From a virus, in the IMG/VR virus record IMGVR_UViG_3300013014_000020, positions 1 to 64,000 of that record: 64,000 nucleotides of DNA, one strand, 5' to 3'. Position numbers and translations under genes: made by a program. Below the pieces are notes generated by a model. It saw nothing but the letters and a program-made list of their open reading frames with translations, was not told the origin of the DNA and searched no databases. Below, piece after piece: positions 54,001-63,900 of the stretch (its first letter is position 1; each line of letters begins with the position of its first letter).

Positions 54001-56294
54001 TTTTGATATTCATAAAGTTGATTAACAGGAATTGTATTAAATTTAGCGGCTAAATCATATAAATCATATTTCACACAACCAGCAAAAAATGAATCCATAA
54101 TAGAGTCAACTTGTTCTGGTGAAAACTTATCTAATTGTTTTCTAATAATTGTGTTCATCATAGACGGATGATCAACAACAATTTTCCAAGCTATTGAACC
54201 GGTTCTTGTCGTGTTTTTATATGTATGTATTGGTTCTGGTCTACCAAGGAACGATGTTGGGTTCCAGTTAGCTGTTGATGAATCACTAAAAGTTAAATCG
54301 TATGGTGGGAACCACATAATTCTTCCTCCGTTTGGTCCTCTTTCACACACTGGTAAATCATCATATGTAAAACCTGGTTGACTTGATGTCCTCCAAGCAA
54401 GATTTTCCAAAGAAAACATATATTTTTTAACTTTTTGATCAAATATATTTGTTGATCCAGGATTTCTTAATGGCGCAATGTTTAAATTATATGTGTTATC
54501 TAACACTGAATAGTCAAATTTTCTACCGGCAATTGTAATACCATCTGTTTTTTGTAAATCACCATAAGTAAAATACGGTGTATCCTTTTGGAAAACTCTA
54601 CAATATTCTCTTCCAACTTCCGAACCTTCAATTCCTATTGTTTCTGAATCGGTTACACTATCATAATAAGCAATTACTTGTGAACCTTTCGTCATTTCTT
54701 TGTATCCATCATTAAAGACTTTGGATACTTGATTAATTGCATTTCCTACGTGTTGTAATCTTTTTGCACCAGTAACATTATCGGCAGCATTAATTAATCT
54801 TTGTGTATTATCTAAAATGGAACCACCTTTAAATTCAAAACCGGTTGATTCTGTATCTGCGTTAAATTCTCCTTTAACTGCGTCAAATTGTTTATCTTGT
54901 GGTTGTACTGGGTCACCGCCAGGTGCAACCTTGAATCCTAAGTTATCTTTATATTTTGGTGAAACCCAAGTAAATTGTCCTGTTATTCCACCTTGGTTTG
55001 AATATGATTTTCCGGCTAAACCAAATTTAATTTTATCTTCATTTCCTTCGTAAAGTTTACCTAAACTATCAGGACCATAAACTAGACTTGGTTGTTGATT
55101 TCCAAATCTATCAGTAGGAATTTCATTTGCGGGTGAATTTATTGTTGATGGATCGGCTTGACTACTACCAACGTAATACCCACTACCACCGTCCTCTGTG
55201 TTTCCACCTAAAAGATTATTAATAGCATCTGTAACGCCAAGTATTAATCCTTTATCATAATTTGGTCTATAGATGTTATACTGAATACTTCTAAATAATA
55301 CAGATTTTTGTCCGTAACCGGTATTCTCTAAAAATAAAACCGAAGGGTTTTTGTAATTTGGTAATAACGAACCTAATGCACCACCAGTTAAATTATTTAC
55401 AACGTTAAGAGCTCCTTGTGTTTGATCATTTTGACCTTGTAATGGTTTTGTAAAATAATCACCAGGAATCAATGATACTGGAAAATAAGTACCGCTTAGT
55501 CTGTTTGCAAAAGAAACGGCGGCTAATAACGGATTTTGCGGAATTGTAATTTTCCAATTTTTATTAATTAGTGGTTGTTGACCGCTTGCAACAAGTGACG
55601 CTTCAAATGGATCTTGTAATGAATCTAAATTTACAATACTATTAATTGTATTGTTAACCTCATCTGCAATTCTTTTTTCAAAAGCTTCTTTTAATTTTTT
55701 CGCACCAATTTGTGCTAGTAATGAATCTTGTGATAGTGGTCCTGGTGTTCCCGTTGGATTTGAAGATGATAATATTTCAAAAGGACTATATATTGAATAT
55801 AAAAAATTAATTGGTACTGATTGAAATACACTACCATTAGATGTTGCATATGGTGAAAAGTATTGTAAGTTATTAAAATTATCAGTAATAATTACTAAAT
55901 CTTTATAACCACTTTCTGGTCCATAAACATTTTTTATGTATGCCGAATCAATATAAAATTCATTAACTAAATCTATTTCTGCGTTGTCTTGTCCGTATTC
56001 ACCTTGATTTGGTGTTACTGGTAATGGCTCACCATCAGTTGATATAATATTGTTATAACCACCTTCTGGTCCATATTCATTTAATGTATAAAGTTGGTTT
56101 GCTTGTACTGTAGTCCCAATTAAATCATTCGGCGAATTAATGACTGAACTATCATTCATTGGTGATACTTCGTAATTTACATTTCCAGATGGTGGGCTAT
56201 AAGCCCCTGGGACATTATAGGGTGTTAAATTCCTGCCCATTAGGATATTCCTAAATGTAGCTGTTGAATTAAACGATAATGAACTTTCAGACAT
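51081..56294 (-). CDS. tail tube initiator-like (gp48/gp54-type) protein with an inserted OmpA-like domain
   Basis: FSDSSTANWNPTSFLGRPEPIHTYKNTTRTGSI and PPILVLRVGDFY tube-fold motifs; FYFDND...GSAS...YNNNLSQRR...RRV OmpA-like; between tape measure and LysM genes. Confidence 0.68.
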   Translation of the reverse strand: MSESSLSFNSTATFRNILMGRNLTPYNVPGAYSPPSGNVNYEVSPMNDSSVINSPNDLIGTTVQANQLYTLNEYGPEGGYNNIISTDGEPLPVTPNQGEYGQDNAEIDLVNEFYIDSAYIKNVYGPESGYKDLVIITDNFNNLQYFSPYATSNGSVFQSVPINFLYSIYSPFEILSSSNPTGTPGPLSQDSLLAQIGAKKLKEAFEKRIADEVNNTINSIVNLDSLQDPFEASLVASGQQPLINKNWKITIPQNPLLAAVSFANRLSGTYFPVSLIPGDYFTKPLQGQNDQTQGALNVVNNLTGGALGSLLPNYKNPSVLFLENTGYGQKSVLFRSIQYNIYRPNYDKGLILGVTDAINNLLGGNTEDGGSGYYVGSSQADPSTINSPANEIPTDRFGNQQPSLVYGPDSLGKLYEGNEDKIKFGLAGKSYSNQGGITGQFTWVSPKYKDNLGFKVAPGGDPVQPQDKQFDAVKGEFNADTESTGFEFKGGSILDNTQRLINAADNVTGAKRLQHVGNAINQVSKVFNDGYKEMTKGSQVIAYYDSVTDSETIGIEGSEVGREYCRVFQKDTPYFTYGDLQKTDGITIAGRKFDYSVLDNTYNLNIAPLRNPGSTNIFDQKVKKYMFSLENLAWRTSSQPGFTYDDLPVCERGPNGGRIMWFPPYDLTFSDSSTANWNPTSFLGRPEPIHTYKNTTRTGSIAWKIVVDHPSMMNTIIRKQLDKFSPEQVDSIMDSFFAGCVKYDLYDLAAKFNTIPVNQLYEYQKLLADPRLTDEEKYGVLDEIPVNPEPQIDASSGGGDNPIIANTGNAVNVSENNSNSTSNTNAVPNKEQEITNTELTEWEGYAFYFDNDYPFGSGSWETTVPNSQDYQYWYDVYLGRKTVYNTSSAPLKVSSGGDVFTRAEVIPFFDQVIIGNFKKIKDELLPKLKEIIIDQGGTVVLELQGSASAPASVGYNNNLSQRRNDSVKKWFLKQKLGNDTMATLQSQGKVKFKYTASGEQYIIPQTNNGAGKGVNCTNNIKDVNLNAVTNNSQWYSVPAMVCRRVGINKISVTKPKPPPTPAPSPIPPTPSPSPIPITPQVNKRYKCVNGICIETDDPTAPFSGLTDCENNCGDPPIEDVVVTPVTTRPIDPAKKLKEGISKKVLRFLFSECDYFDLIKEDQPMVLASIQDKIKYFHPAFHSTTPEGLNSRLTFLNQCVRPGETIPVIGPDGKPKYNDARNTSFGTPPILVLRVGDFYHTKIVPTQLQITYDPLIYDINPEGIGVQPMIAKVSLSFDFIGGHGLAEPVAQLQNALSFNFYANTEIYDDRAVATDQSGKKNDEDFAKKLLSVKETPPPPIQTTSADVPDIINNNGGSTIGKILSTISFDNGEYEEGEIEYTDIFKELSDNTKNYFITIFDQLKTVNNVTNYGFIQYLYKNVKYFSGTLAQYDPDKVLTEIFGKPTKVEDDVENIIRQARNDVKDDKNPIILKVKKSTNGYPDSAIRQLKNKLIDIITERLDELNEALIGPQNEITKYQENYVQTFRKLDLVNHKVDGFKLDTGKYVVYNLQPPTPSPNPTPFELVAENYQTNIGYRLDEYLSGLTLNKVLDEEVVTEDYSFVPILRLEFDTVEDERFYLCMSNIFTDDAKYQPFVESLMTELVKKNTLMEEDIRNVCEELKTLFIKEKNAETKILTDFETSPTYQTFKNYKIEPFETKMKYSTEKDNNYKDNEKLLKKTYSDNNINNDNNFNDKITFN

Positions 56295-56310
56295 TAATTT
56301 TAATTTTATT

Positions 56311-56329
56311 TATAAATAGATTATAAATA
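56311..56329 (-). promoter_or_regulatory. tandem TATTTATA putative late promoter elements
   Basis: Two copies at 56311-56318 and 56322-56329. Confidence 0.6.
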
Positions 56330-56354
56330 ATTTTTTTGAAATGTAATTAAGAGT

Positions 56355-58385
56355 TTATTGTGGTTTGTACCAGGCTGGTATTAAATTATTATTGGTTTGG
56401 ATGTCATTAATCTTTTTAATAAACTCAGCCATTTTACTTGGGTCTTTGTAATATTCAGTGATAGCATTACTCATTAAAGTTGTTAATGCGTCATTTCTTA
56501 TTGCAGGATCCATTGTAACATTAATATCAATCTTATTTGTTAAATCAATTTTAGACTCTGCTGGTTTGTTTTGAGTGCTTGATGGTGTTGTGTTGTTCAC
56601 AACGCTATTTGAACTAACCGCATTATTCGAATTGTTTATTGCGGTATTGCTTACACTACTTGTAGATTTTGTATTTTCTTTTCTGAATAATGTTTCTAAT
56701 TCTGGTGAATTAGTTTTAAAATCTGTACCCATTTGTTCAAAAAATTGGTCACTTGTAATTGTACTATAAGCTTTACCTAATGTTTCAAGTGTTGATGATG
56801 CCAAATCTTTTAAGTCTTCGACACTACTCACATTTTTTATTTTCTTATACAGAGTTTCAACTTCAGTTGTTACTCCAGCAACTCTATCACCAATAACACC
56901 TAATCCAACTCTTATGTTTTCAGATTCCCTATATTCATCTTTTACGATTCCTTTTGGTGATTCTGGAGCTTCAAATCCAGCTTTTCTAACACCAGTTGTT
57001 ATTGCCTCATATCCAGTTTGCATTAATGAAGTTGTTGCAGCTCCAAAACCCATAGCAGTCAATGTTGCTGATATTTTAGCGTCAATTGATTGTAAAGAAG
57101 AAAGTTGGTCAATTGCAAGTTCCTCCATAGATTTTCCTTGTAATTCTTGAGATTCTTTTAAAGATTGTATTTCGTTAACTTGTAAATCTGTAACTTCTTT
57201 CATTACATATTCTCCAGTCCATTTATCTTTTTTACCAGTTTTTTCGTCTACCACAAATTGTTTAACCTTAACTTCAGCAATACCTTGTTTATTAATTTGA
57301 GCCATAGTTGCAATCATTTCCCTATCTTCTTTTGATGTTCCAGGTGAAAATTTGATTTGTTTCATTTTATAATCTAAATTTGCGGCATTTAAAGACATTT
57401 TTGCTAGTTCACCACTCGTCATACCTAAAGCTTCTGCAACTTCTCTTAATCTTCTTTTTTCTCCGGGCATAATTTGAAACTCACCCAGATTTTTATTAAA
57501 ACTTACAAAATCTTTTGACATTTTTACAATTTGATTTTGTAGTTCAGTTGGGTCATTTGCCGATAAATCCATTAACTTTAGTGGGTCTGTTAAAGCACTT
57601 GTTTGAACACCTAATCTTTGTAGAGAGGCTGCCATTTCTATTGCACTTTCTGGGTTAAAGGCTTTTTCTGTAATTTCAAACATTTTACCCATATCTATTC
57701 CGAGTTTAGATGCTTGAACTGACATTTTAGCAAGTCCTTTAACACCACCATCAAAATTATATAAATTCATTACGCCGATATTTTTTGTTACTTTGTCGGC
57801 AACATCCCTCACAATAGCACCAGATTCTTTTGCTACTTTTGTTACATCCATCATTTTGTCGGCAACACCACTTAAATTAACACCAACACCTCTAAATGAT
57901 GATGCTAAGTCTTTCGCACTAACACCGGTTACTTTAGCGGTTGCTGCTAGTTCTGCCATTCGTTCGTCACTAATTGATATGTTAGTACCAAACACAGAAG
58001 ATAAATCAATATATTGTTTTTGAACTTCACCAATTGATAAACCTAGTTCAGCAAACTTTGGGGCACTGTCTGCAATTAATTTTCTAAACTCATCTGCTTT
58101 TTTTGAACCGGTACCTAAGGCTTCATTAATTTTTGCACTTTCTTGATCCAAAAATTTTAATCTAGCTAGATTGCCTTCTAATGATAATAAATCAGTAATA
58201 CTACCCTTAATTGTTTGCATTACGGAACCTACTGTATCTGCAACACCTAAAACACCATTTTTAGCGGCTGTTGTTAATAAGTCTGAATATTTGGTAGCAT
58301 TTTGTAAAGTTGCGGTATTGTTAGCTTCGACTTGGGCTAATTCCAAATCGGCTTTACTTGTTTTGGCGCTTTCATCAAACATCAT
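56355..58385 (-). CDS. tape measure protein
   Basis: Ala/Lys/Met-rich helical protein downstream of the tube and chaperone genes. Confidence 0.75.
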   Translation of the reverse strand: MMFDESAKTSKADLELAQVEANNTATLQNATKYSDLLTTAAKNGVLGVADTVGSVMQTIKGSITDLLSLEGNLARLKFLDQESAKINEALGTGSKKADEFRKLIADSAPKFAELGLSIGEVQKQYIDLSSVFGTNISISDERMAELAATAKVTGVSAKDLASSFRGVGVNLSGVADKMMDVTKVAKESGAIVRDVADKVTKNIGVMNLYNFDGGVKGLAKMSVQASKLGIDMGKMFEITEKAFNPESAIEMAASLQRLGVQTSALTDPLKLMDLSANDPTELQNQIVKMSKDFVSFNKNLGEFQIMPGEKRRLREVAEALGMTSGELAKMSLNAANLDYKMKQIKFSPGTSKEDREMIATMAQINKQGIAEVKVKQFVVDEKTGKKDKWTGEYVMKEVTDLQVNEIQSLKESQELQGKSMEELAIDQLSSLQSIDAKISATLTAMGFGAATTSLMQTGYEAITTGVRKAGFEAPESPKGIVKDEYRESENIRVGLGVIGDRVAGVTTEVETLYKKIKNVSSVEDLKDLASSTLETLGKAYSTITSDQFFEQMGTDFKTNSPELETLFRKENTKSTSSVSNTAINNSNNAVSSNSVVNNTTPSSTQNKPAESKIDLTNKIDINVTMDPAIRNDALTTLMSNAITEYYKDPSKMAEFIKKINDIQTNNNLIPAWYKPQ

Positions 58386-58411
58386 TGGATTCTAGTTTAT
58401 TGATAAATACT

Positions 58412-58561
58412 TTATTGTTGATTTTGTTCTGAAATTTTATCAATAACATACCTTCTGAAATATGTTGGCATAATCAGATAGTCACTATAAGAAAGTTTTA
58501 ACATTCTAGCTAAATAAATGTATTCGTCAATAAGTCTTAACTTATATTGAGAAGAAAGGCC
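58412..58561 (-). CDS. +1-frame extension of the tail assembly chaperone (GT-like; GLSSQYKLRLIDEYIYLARMLKLSYSDYLIMPTYFRRYVIDKISEQNQQ)
   Basis: Open +1 frame starting at TTT TTT CGG at the chaperone 3' end and ending just before the tape measure; MPTYFRRY resembles gpT/gp51-type C-termini. Confidence 0.65.
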   Translation of the reverse strand, partial: GLSSQYKLRLIDEYIYLARMLKLSYSDYLIMPTYFRRYVIDKISEQNQQ

Positions 58562-59312
58562 GAAAAAACTCCACCCCAAAAGCAATAGATACTACTGCTC
58601 TTTCTCCAGACGGGGCTATAACTTCTTTTGATAGATCAAGTCTAGGTTCGTTTTCAAACATAAAGTTTCTAATATACTTGGAATCAGAAATAGGCATTGA
58701 TTCAACAAATTTTGCAATATCACCTTTGTTTGCTTTTCCGTCCAATTCAACAATAAGTTTATTAAGTCTTAATGTAACTGTTGGTTGGATTCTTCCTTGT
58801 GGGTATGACTCTAATGTTCTTTCTATTTCTAGATAATCCCTCATATTTAAAGGTTTTAATTTGACCGTTGATTTACTCCTTGGTAAGGTAACAGTAAATG
58901 TACCGTCACTATCTGGGTTTACTGGATTTTTTTTAATATTTAATTCATCAAGAACAATTGTAGCATCAAATAATTTTCCGGTTTGTGGATCTGGAACTGA
59001 AACGACATATTCTGGTCCAAAAGATGTATTTCTTAAAAAAAGTAATATTGCCTCCAAATCACCGTCTAATAATTCTTCTGGTCTTAAATCTGGTTCATAT
59101 AATTTATTTCTTAATAAAGGTAATATTAATGTTTCTTTAATGGATTTATTGCCGTCCATATTAACCAATATGTTTTCATCAGCAGCCGTTAGATATCCAA
59201 CCTTAACACTTTTCTTTTTATTTGGATAGAAGATTCCTCCAGACGGTAGCGGTACTACATCGTGTGGTAAATTAAAATTCATTTGTCCATAATCATTAAC
59301 ATTAGTTTCCAT
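58542..59312 (-). CDS. tail assembly chaperone / T4 gp26-like baseplate hub assembly protein
   Basis: VPLPSGGIFY...YLTAADENIL...DLEAILLFLRNTSFG...LPRSK; located between tube and tape measure. Confidence 0.8.
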   Translation of the reverse strand: METNVNDYGQMNFNLPHDVVPLPSGGIFYPNKKKSVKVGYLTAADENILVNMDGNKSIKETLILPLLRNKLYEPDLRPEELLDGDLEAILLFLRNTSFGPEYVVSVPDPQTGKLFDATIVLDELNIKKNPVNPDSDGTFTVTLPRSKSTVKLKPLNMRDYLEIERTLESYPQGRIQPTVTLRLNKLIVELDGKANKGDIAKFVESMPISDSKYIRNFMFENEPRLDLSKEVIAPSGERAVVSIAFGVEFFRPFFSI

Positions 59313-59357
59313 ATTCTTTTTTATTATAAAAATATCTTACTTATGTTTTTTGTAAAT

Positions 59358-59392
59358 AAAAAACCCACATAACAAAAAATTATGCGGGTTTT
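59358..59392 (-). terminator. intrinsic terminator after the tail tube gene
   Basis: Minus strand AAAACCCGCATAA-loop-TTATGTGGGTTTT(TT) with one G.U pair. Confidence 0.75.
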
Positions 59393-59411
59393 AAATATCA
59401 TTTGGAGTAAA

Positions 59412-59900
59412 TTAGTATACTAAAATACAACGGTCCATACGAAGTGTTGCCGAAATATCAGCAATTGCATCCTGTGAATAAGATAAAGAACCAAAGTTCA
59501 AGTCTGTCATAAATGTACCTTCTAAAATCCATTTTTCAACAACTACCCCAGTTGGGTCTAACATTTCTAAATCAACATTCTTTTTGTATCCAGCGGCATA
59601 ACCCATACGACCGGTAACTGATTCAGCACATAGACGCATCCATTCCATTAATGCTTGTGATGCAGACGGTCCGATTGGGTCTCTAAATTTAACAGTAATT
59701 GGATCCCAGTTAAATCTACCAGCAACATAAGTTGATGTGTTTAAAAATTGAATTTCAGTTGAACCTACTTTAATTGATGGTCTTGATGCGCTTTCAACGA
59801 ACCACTCGTTAATTCCTAAACTTGAAGGAAACCTAACGATAAACCTGTTCTGCCTTTTTGGTTCATACGGAACTGGCATTTTCATTAATAAATCAGCCAT
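59412..59900 (-). CDS. tail tube protein (T4 gp19-like)
   Basis: EPKRQNRF, RPSI, GRFNWDPITVKFRDPI, YKKNVDLEMLDPTGVVVEKWILEG. Confidence 0.9.
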   Translation of the reverse strand: MADLLMKMPVPYEPKRQNRFIVRFPSSLGINEWFVESASRPSIKVGSTEIQFLNTSTYVAGRFNWDPITVKFRDPIGPSASQALMEWMRLCAESVTGRMGYAAGYKKNVDLEMLDPTGVVVEKWILEGTFMTDLNFGSLSYSQDAIADISATLRMDRCILVY

Positions 59901-60041
59901 AATTATTTAATTTTTTTTAATTGTTTATTTTCTTTATTTGATAAATATATCTTTATGAAAAATTTTTCTATTTACTTTGACTTTTTTTCAAATTATATAT
60001 TCTATTATAAATACTACTTTAATAATTAATATATTAGTTTA

Positions 60042-60875
60042 TTAATATTCTTTCTTTTCTCCTCCTGCTGTTAAATAAGTCTTTAATATATTATCTTTTT
60101 TTTTATCAAAATGTTTTTTCATAGATTCTACATTTCTTACATCATCATCTGAAAATCCAATAAATGGTGTGAAGTAATTACTAATCTTATTTTTCATCAT
60201 AGCTTTTGTTTGCAAATTCCTTGAAGTTAGTTTTACATAATCAACAAACTCTTCCATAGCATTTATTTTTGCTTGCTCAGGATTAGTTGCCGAACCTTCA
60301 CCAAATGAAACTGGGTAAAATCTACACATATCAAGATAAGACTTTATTAATTGATCTTTTGTTAATTTATCTTCATCCGCCAAATTTCTATATTTTAAGA
60401 GGTTTTTTGCTAATAGATTAGAATTAAGACCATGCATATTTTTCTTTATTAAATTATATACCCCTTGTTTTAATATACTTGGTGTATGACCTCTTGCTGT
60501 TACAATTGAAAATATTGAACCGTTATTAACTGCTTCTATAAAATCAGACCAAGCGGGCCCAGTAGGTGCTTTCATTGCGTCTTCCAAGAATTTTTTGTCC
60601 CCAGTAACTCTAAAATCTCTAAAAGGGTCTTCATCAAAGCCCACAATAGTATGTCCCTCATATCCAAAATCTTCATTTCCAATTAAAGTTCTATATTCAG
60701 CAAAATCTTCGGTCGACATACCAACAGATTTGTTGTTATTATCTTTCAAATAAATTTTTGTTGGCATATACATTAGGTTATCATCCCAGTCAAAAGCATA
60801 GTATTTCATAACTGGTGTATGAGCATCATCAATAATTTCATTGATTATTTGTCTAACTAAATTTTTGTAATTCAT
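60042..60875 (-). CDS. HAD-superfamily phosphatase-like protein (start reassigned to MNYKN at 60875)
   Basis: Motif I FDWDDNL, motif II VTARGH, K and motif IV FSDDD; TATTTAT at 60880-60886 and a terminator upstream support this start. Confidence 0.75.
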   Translation of the reverse strand: MNYKNLVRQIINEIIDDAHTPVMKYYAFDWDDNLMYMPTKIYLKDNNNKSVGMSTEDFAEYRTLIGNEDFGYEGHTIVGFDEDPFRDFRVTGDKKFLEDAMKAPTGPAWSDFIEAVNNGSIFSIVTARGHTPSILKQGVYNLIKKNMHGLNSNLLAKNLLKYRNLADEDKLTKDQLIKSYLDMCRFYPVSFGEGSATNPEQAKINAMEEFVDYVKLTSRNLQTKAMMKNKISNYFTPFIGFSDDDVRNVESMKKHFDKKKDNILKTYLTAGGEKKEY

Positions 60876-60897
60876 ATTAATAAATATTACATAAAAT

Positions 60898-60926
60898 AAA
60901 AAATGGGGATCAATGACCCCCACTTT
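60898..60926 (-). terminator. intrinsic terminator after the tail sheath gene
   Basis: Minus strand TGGGGGTC-ATT-GATCCCCA followed by T6. Confidence 0.7.
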
Positions 60927-60944
60927 ATAATAATCTTTAATTGA

Positions 60945-63900
60945 TTATACATCATCAAACGACGCACCAGTTGGTGTAATGTAGAATGTAATATCAATAA
61001 ATTCTAAAGATTTTGTAGGTTTAATATAGATTTTACCAACCATTTGGTTTTTATCTAAGTCTTCGGTATCATTTGATACTGTTACTCGGAAATCATATAA
61101 ACCTCTATCTCTTCTTATTGAATCTAAAATTGGGTTAACCGCATTCAAGAAGTCTTGTCTTACTTGTTGGTCATTTTGGTCAAACAACAATCTTACAGAA
61201 ACAGCAGAAATTAATTTTCTTGCTTGTAATAACAATCTTCTTACGTTGATTCTATCAAGGGCTGATTCTCTTACTTGAAGTGTTTTATTACCCCAAATTA
61301 CAGTACCTACGTCAGCAAATGTTGCGATTGGGTTAATTCTACCAAGATAAAGAACGTCTCTATCTTCTTGTGTTAACTTCTTACGAGCTTTAATTGAATT
61401 TACAATACCACGAGTATAACCCGCTGCCGCAAACCAAGGGAATGCAATATTATCAGTAAGTGCCAAGTTTCTTGTAACTTCAGCAGTTGCTGGAATATAG
61501 ATTTGTGTATTGTTTACACTATCTCTTGTTAACACCCAAGGATAATATGTTGCAGTATAGTTAGAGTCAATACCTGTTTCTTCTAACAAATCAACAGCTT
61601 CTTGTGGGTAGATAAAGTTATCACCTTCAGTTGTTGTTGCAACAAACATATTGTAATCCGGCATTGTTGTAATATAAAGTGAATCCGCTCTTTCATTTTC
61701 AACCATATCGATTGTTGTTTCAACAAGATTACTATTGTTATACAAATCAATACCTGGTGTTGTTAATATATTGATATTTACAGCTTCTGGGTTGGCAAAT
61801 GTTCTAATACCTAATAAGTAAGCGTAGTAATCTGTATTACCATATTCAACACTTCCATCACCGATTGCAATTTGTTTAAACAATCCATTTCCTTTACCTT
61901 TAGGGTATCTTAAAGATGAACAAGCACCATTTAAGAATCCTGTTCTACCTAAAGTATATTTATCAGCATTTGTTCTGTATTCTCTATAGATATCCCAACC
62001 ATCAAATCCACCATAAACCATTACTGTGAATTTTCTAGCGTTTAATCTGTAGTAAGGATCAGTTGGGTCCGTAGGTTCCGAAGAAAACGTAGCGTCACCA
62101 ACTTCAAAAGCTGAAGTACCACTTGAAGCAAAAGCTCCGGAAATTGTAATACCACTTGCAAGTTCGTCCATATGGAAACCTTTAGTTTTGAAATCCCACT
62201 CAAATGGTTCACCAGAACATAAGTTAAATGGTTTTCTTTTTCCTTTATATTGGAAGAAATCTGTATCGACACCCCAGTAAGAACCTAAACCTAAGTATGT
62301 TCTTCTAACGTTGTCTCCACCACTTGTGAACGCATCATCACCACCATTGGATAAACCAAAAGGAGGGTTAAATACTAATTCACCTGGTAAGAAATATTTA
62401 GTTTTATAAACTGGGAATGGTGATCTTCCACCTGGATATTCTCTGAATGTATAACCTTCAAAACCACAAGGGATTGAATCTATTGGTGCGTCTTCATTAA
62501 TTTCAACAAGGACGTATCTAGACTTTAATTCATATTCACCATCTAATGTACCAATTTTTTTAGCAATAAAGTTATTTTCTTGTGGGTTCATTGAACAGTT
62601 AGTGAATTTTTCCAATACAACTGGGTTAGAATCACTATCAAAATAATCTCTAATTAAAACTGTAAACGTTTCATTGTTAAATGATAAGTCAGCTAATGAA
62701 ATTTTCACTTCGGTGTTTGCACTATTACCGTCCGAAATTGTATAGAATTTAAATAAGTTATAAACCTTTGTACCTCTTAATTCTGATACAACCCAAGGTG
62801 TGCTTGGTGATTGGAATTTTTCTAAAAAGTAACCAATACTATTTAAGTCATTACTTTGAGCACCTTCACTAGTAACTAATTCAGCACTTAAACCTCTTAT
62901 ATAACCTTTGCTCCACGCATAATTAAGTAAATTTAAATACGATTCTTCGACCATTAATGGAACTTGAGTTCTTGGTTTTTCAAAATTACCACGACCAAAT
63001 ACTTTATTAATGTTTTTAGCATCACTATTAGATAATGAAACTTCAAAATCAAATTCTTTACCGTCGTAGTTAGTAATACCAACACTAAATGGTAAAAATG
63101 GATTTTTAAGTACACCACTATACTGACCAGTCATATCTATTGTAACATCTGTAATACCAGTAACTTCATAGATTGGATTTGTTCCATCTGAATAAGGTGA
63201 ATTACCTCTTGATCTCAATGTTGTTACAACTAAATCATCGTATTCAGTAAATGAACTTCCAGTGTAATAATAAATCACACCCACAACAGAACCTGTAAAA
63301 CACACATTTGGTATTGGTGGTACTGTTGTTGTAGTTGTTACTGGTAAAATTGGGTCGCAAATAAATTGTATAGTAATTGTAACATCATTAGGATCTAATT
63401 CGATAGGATCACTAGATACTAAATTACTTACTGAACCAGTACCAGCTAATCTTTGATAATCGTCGTTAGGGAAACTAACAATAGTACAACCACTAACCTC
63501 ACCGGCTTCAATTGTTACAGAATCACTAATTAATATTGGTAACCCACTTGTAACGTTTATTGTTGTATCAAATGATAATGTTACATCATTTGTAACTGGT
63601 AGTGTTGAAGATAAACAAAATTGAACGACAATTGAACCTGGTGCAACACTTACAACTAAATTATAAGGACCAAAATTTCCAGTCGTTGTTGTCGTTGTTA
63701 TCATATACGGAATGAATGGATTTTGTAAACTTGTATATGTGTTTGTTTGAACAAGGTTATCAACCGATGAAAAGAATGAAAACCCTGAATATAAACTATT
63801 TCCAGCATTTTGAAACAATGCATAATACCAAGAATCGTTTTGTGGTGAAGTTGGGTCTGAATTTTCAAAAACAACATTATCAACCGCAAATACATTTGTT

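Noticed and set aside
60876-60923. ORF-track start of the HAD gene at 60923
   Set aside because: The extension runs through the sheath terminator hairpin and the TATTTAT motif; the ATG at 60875 is more plausible
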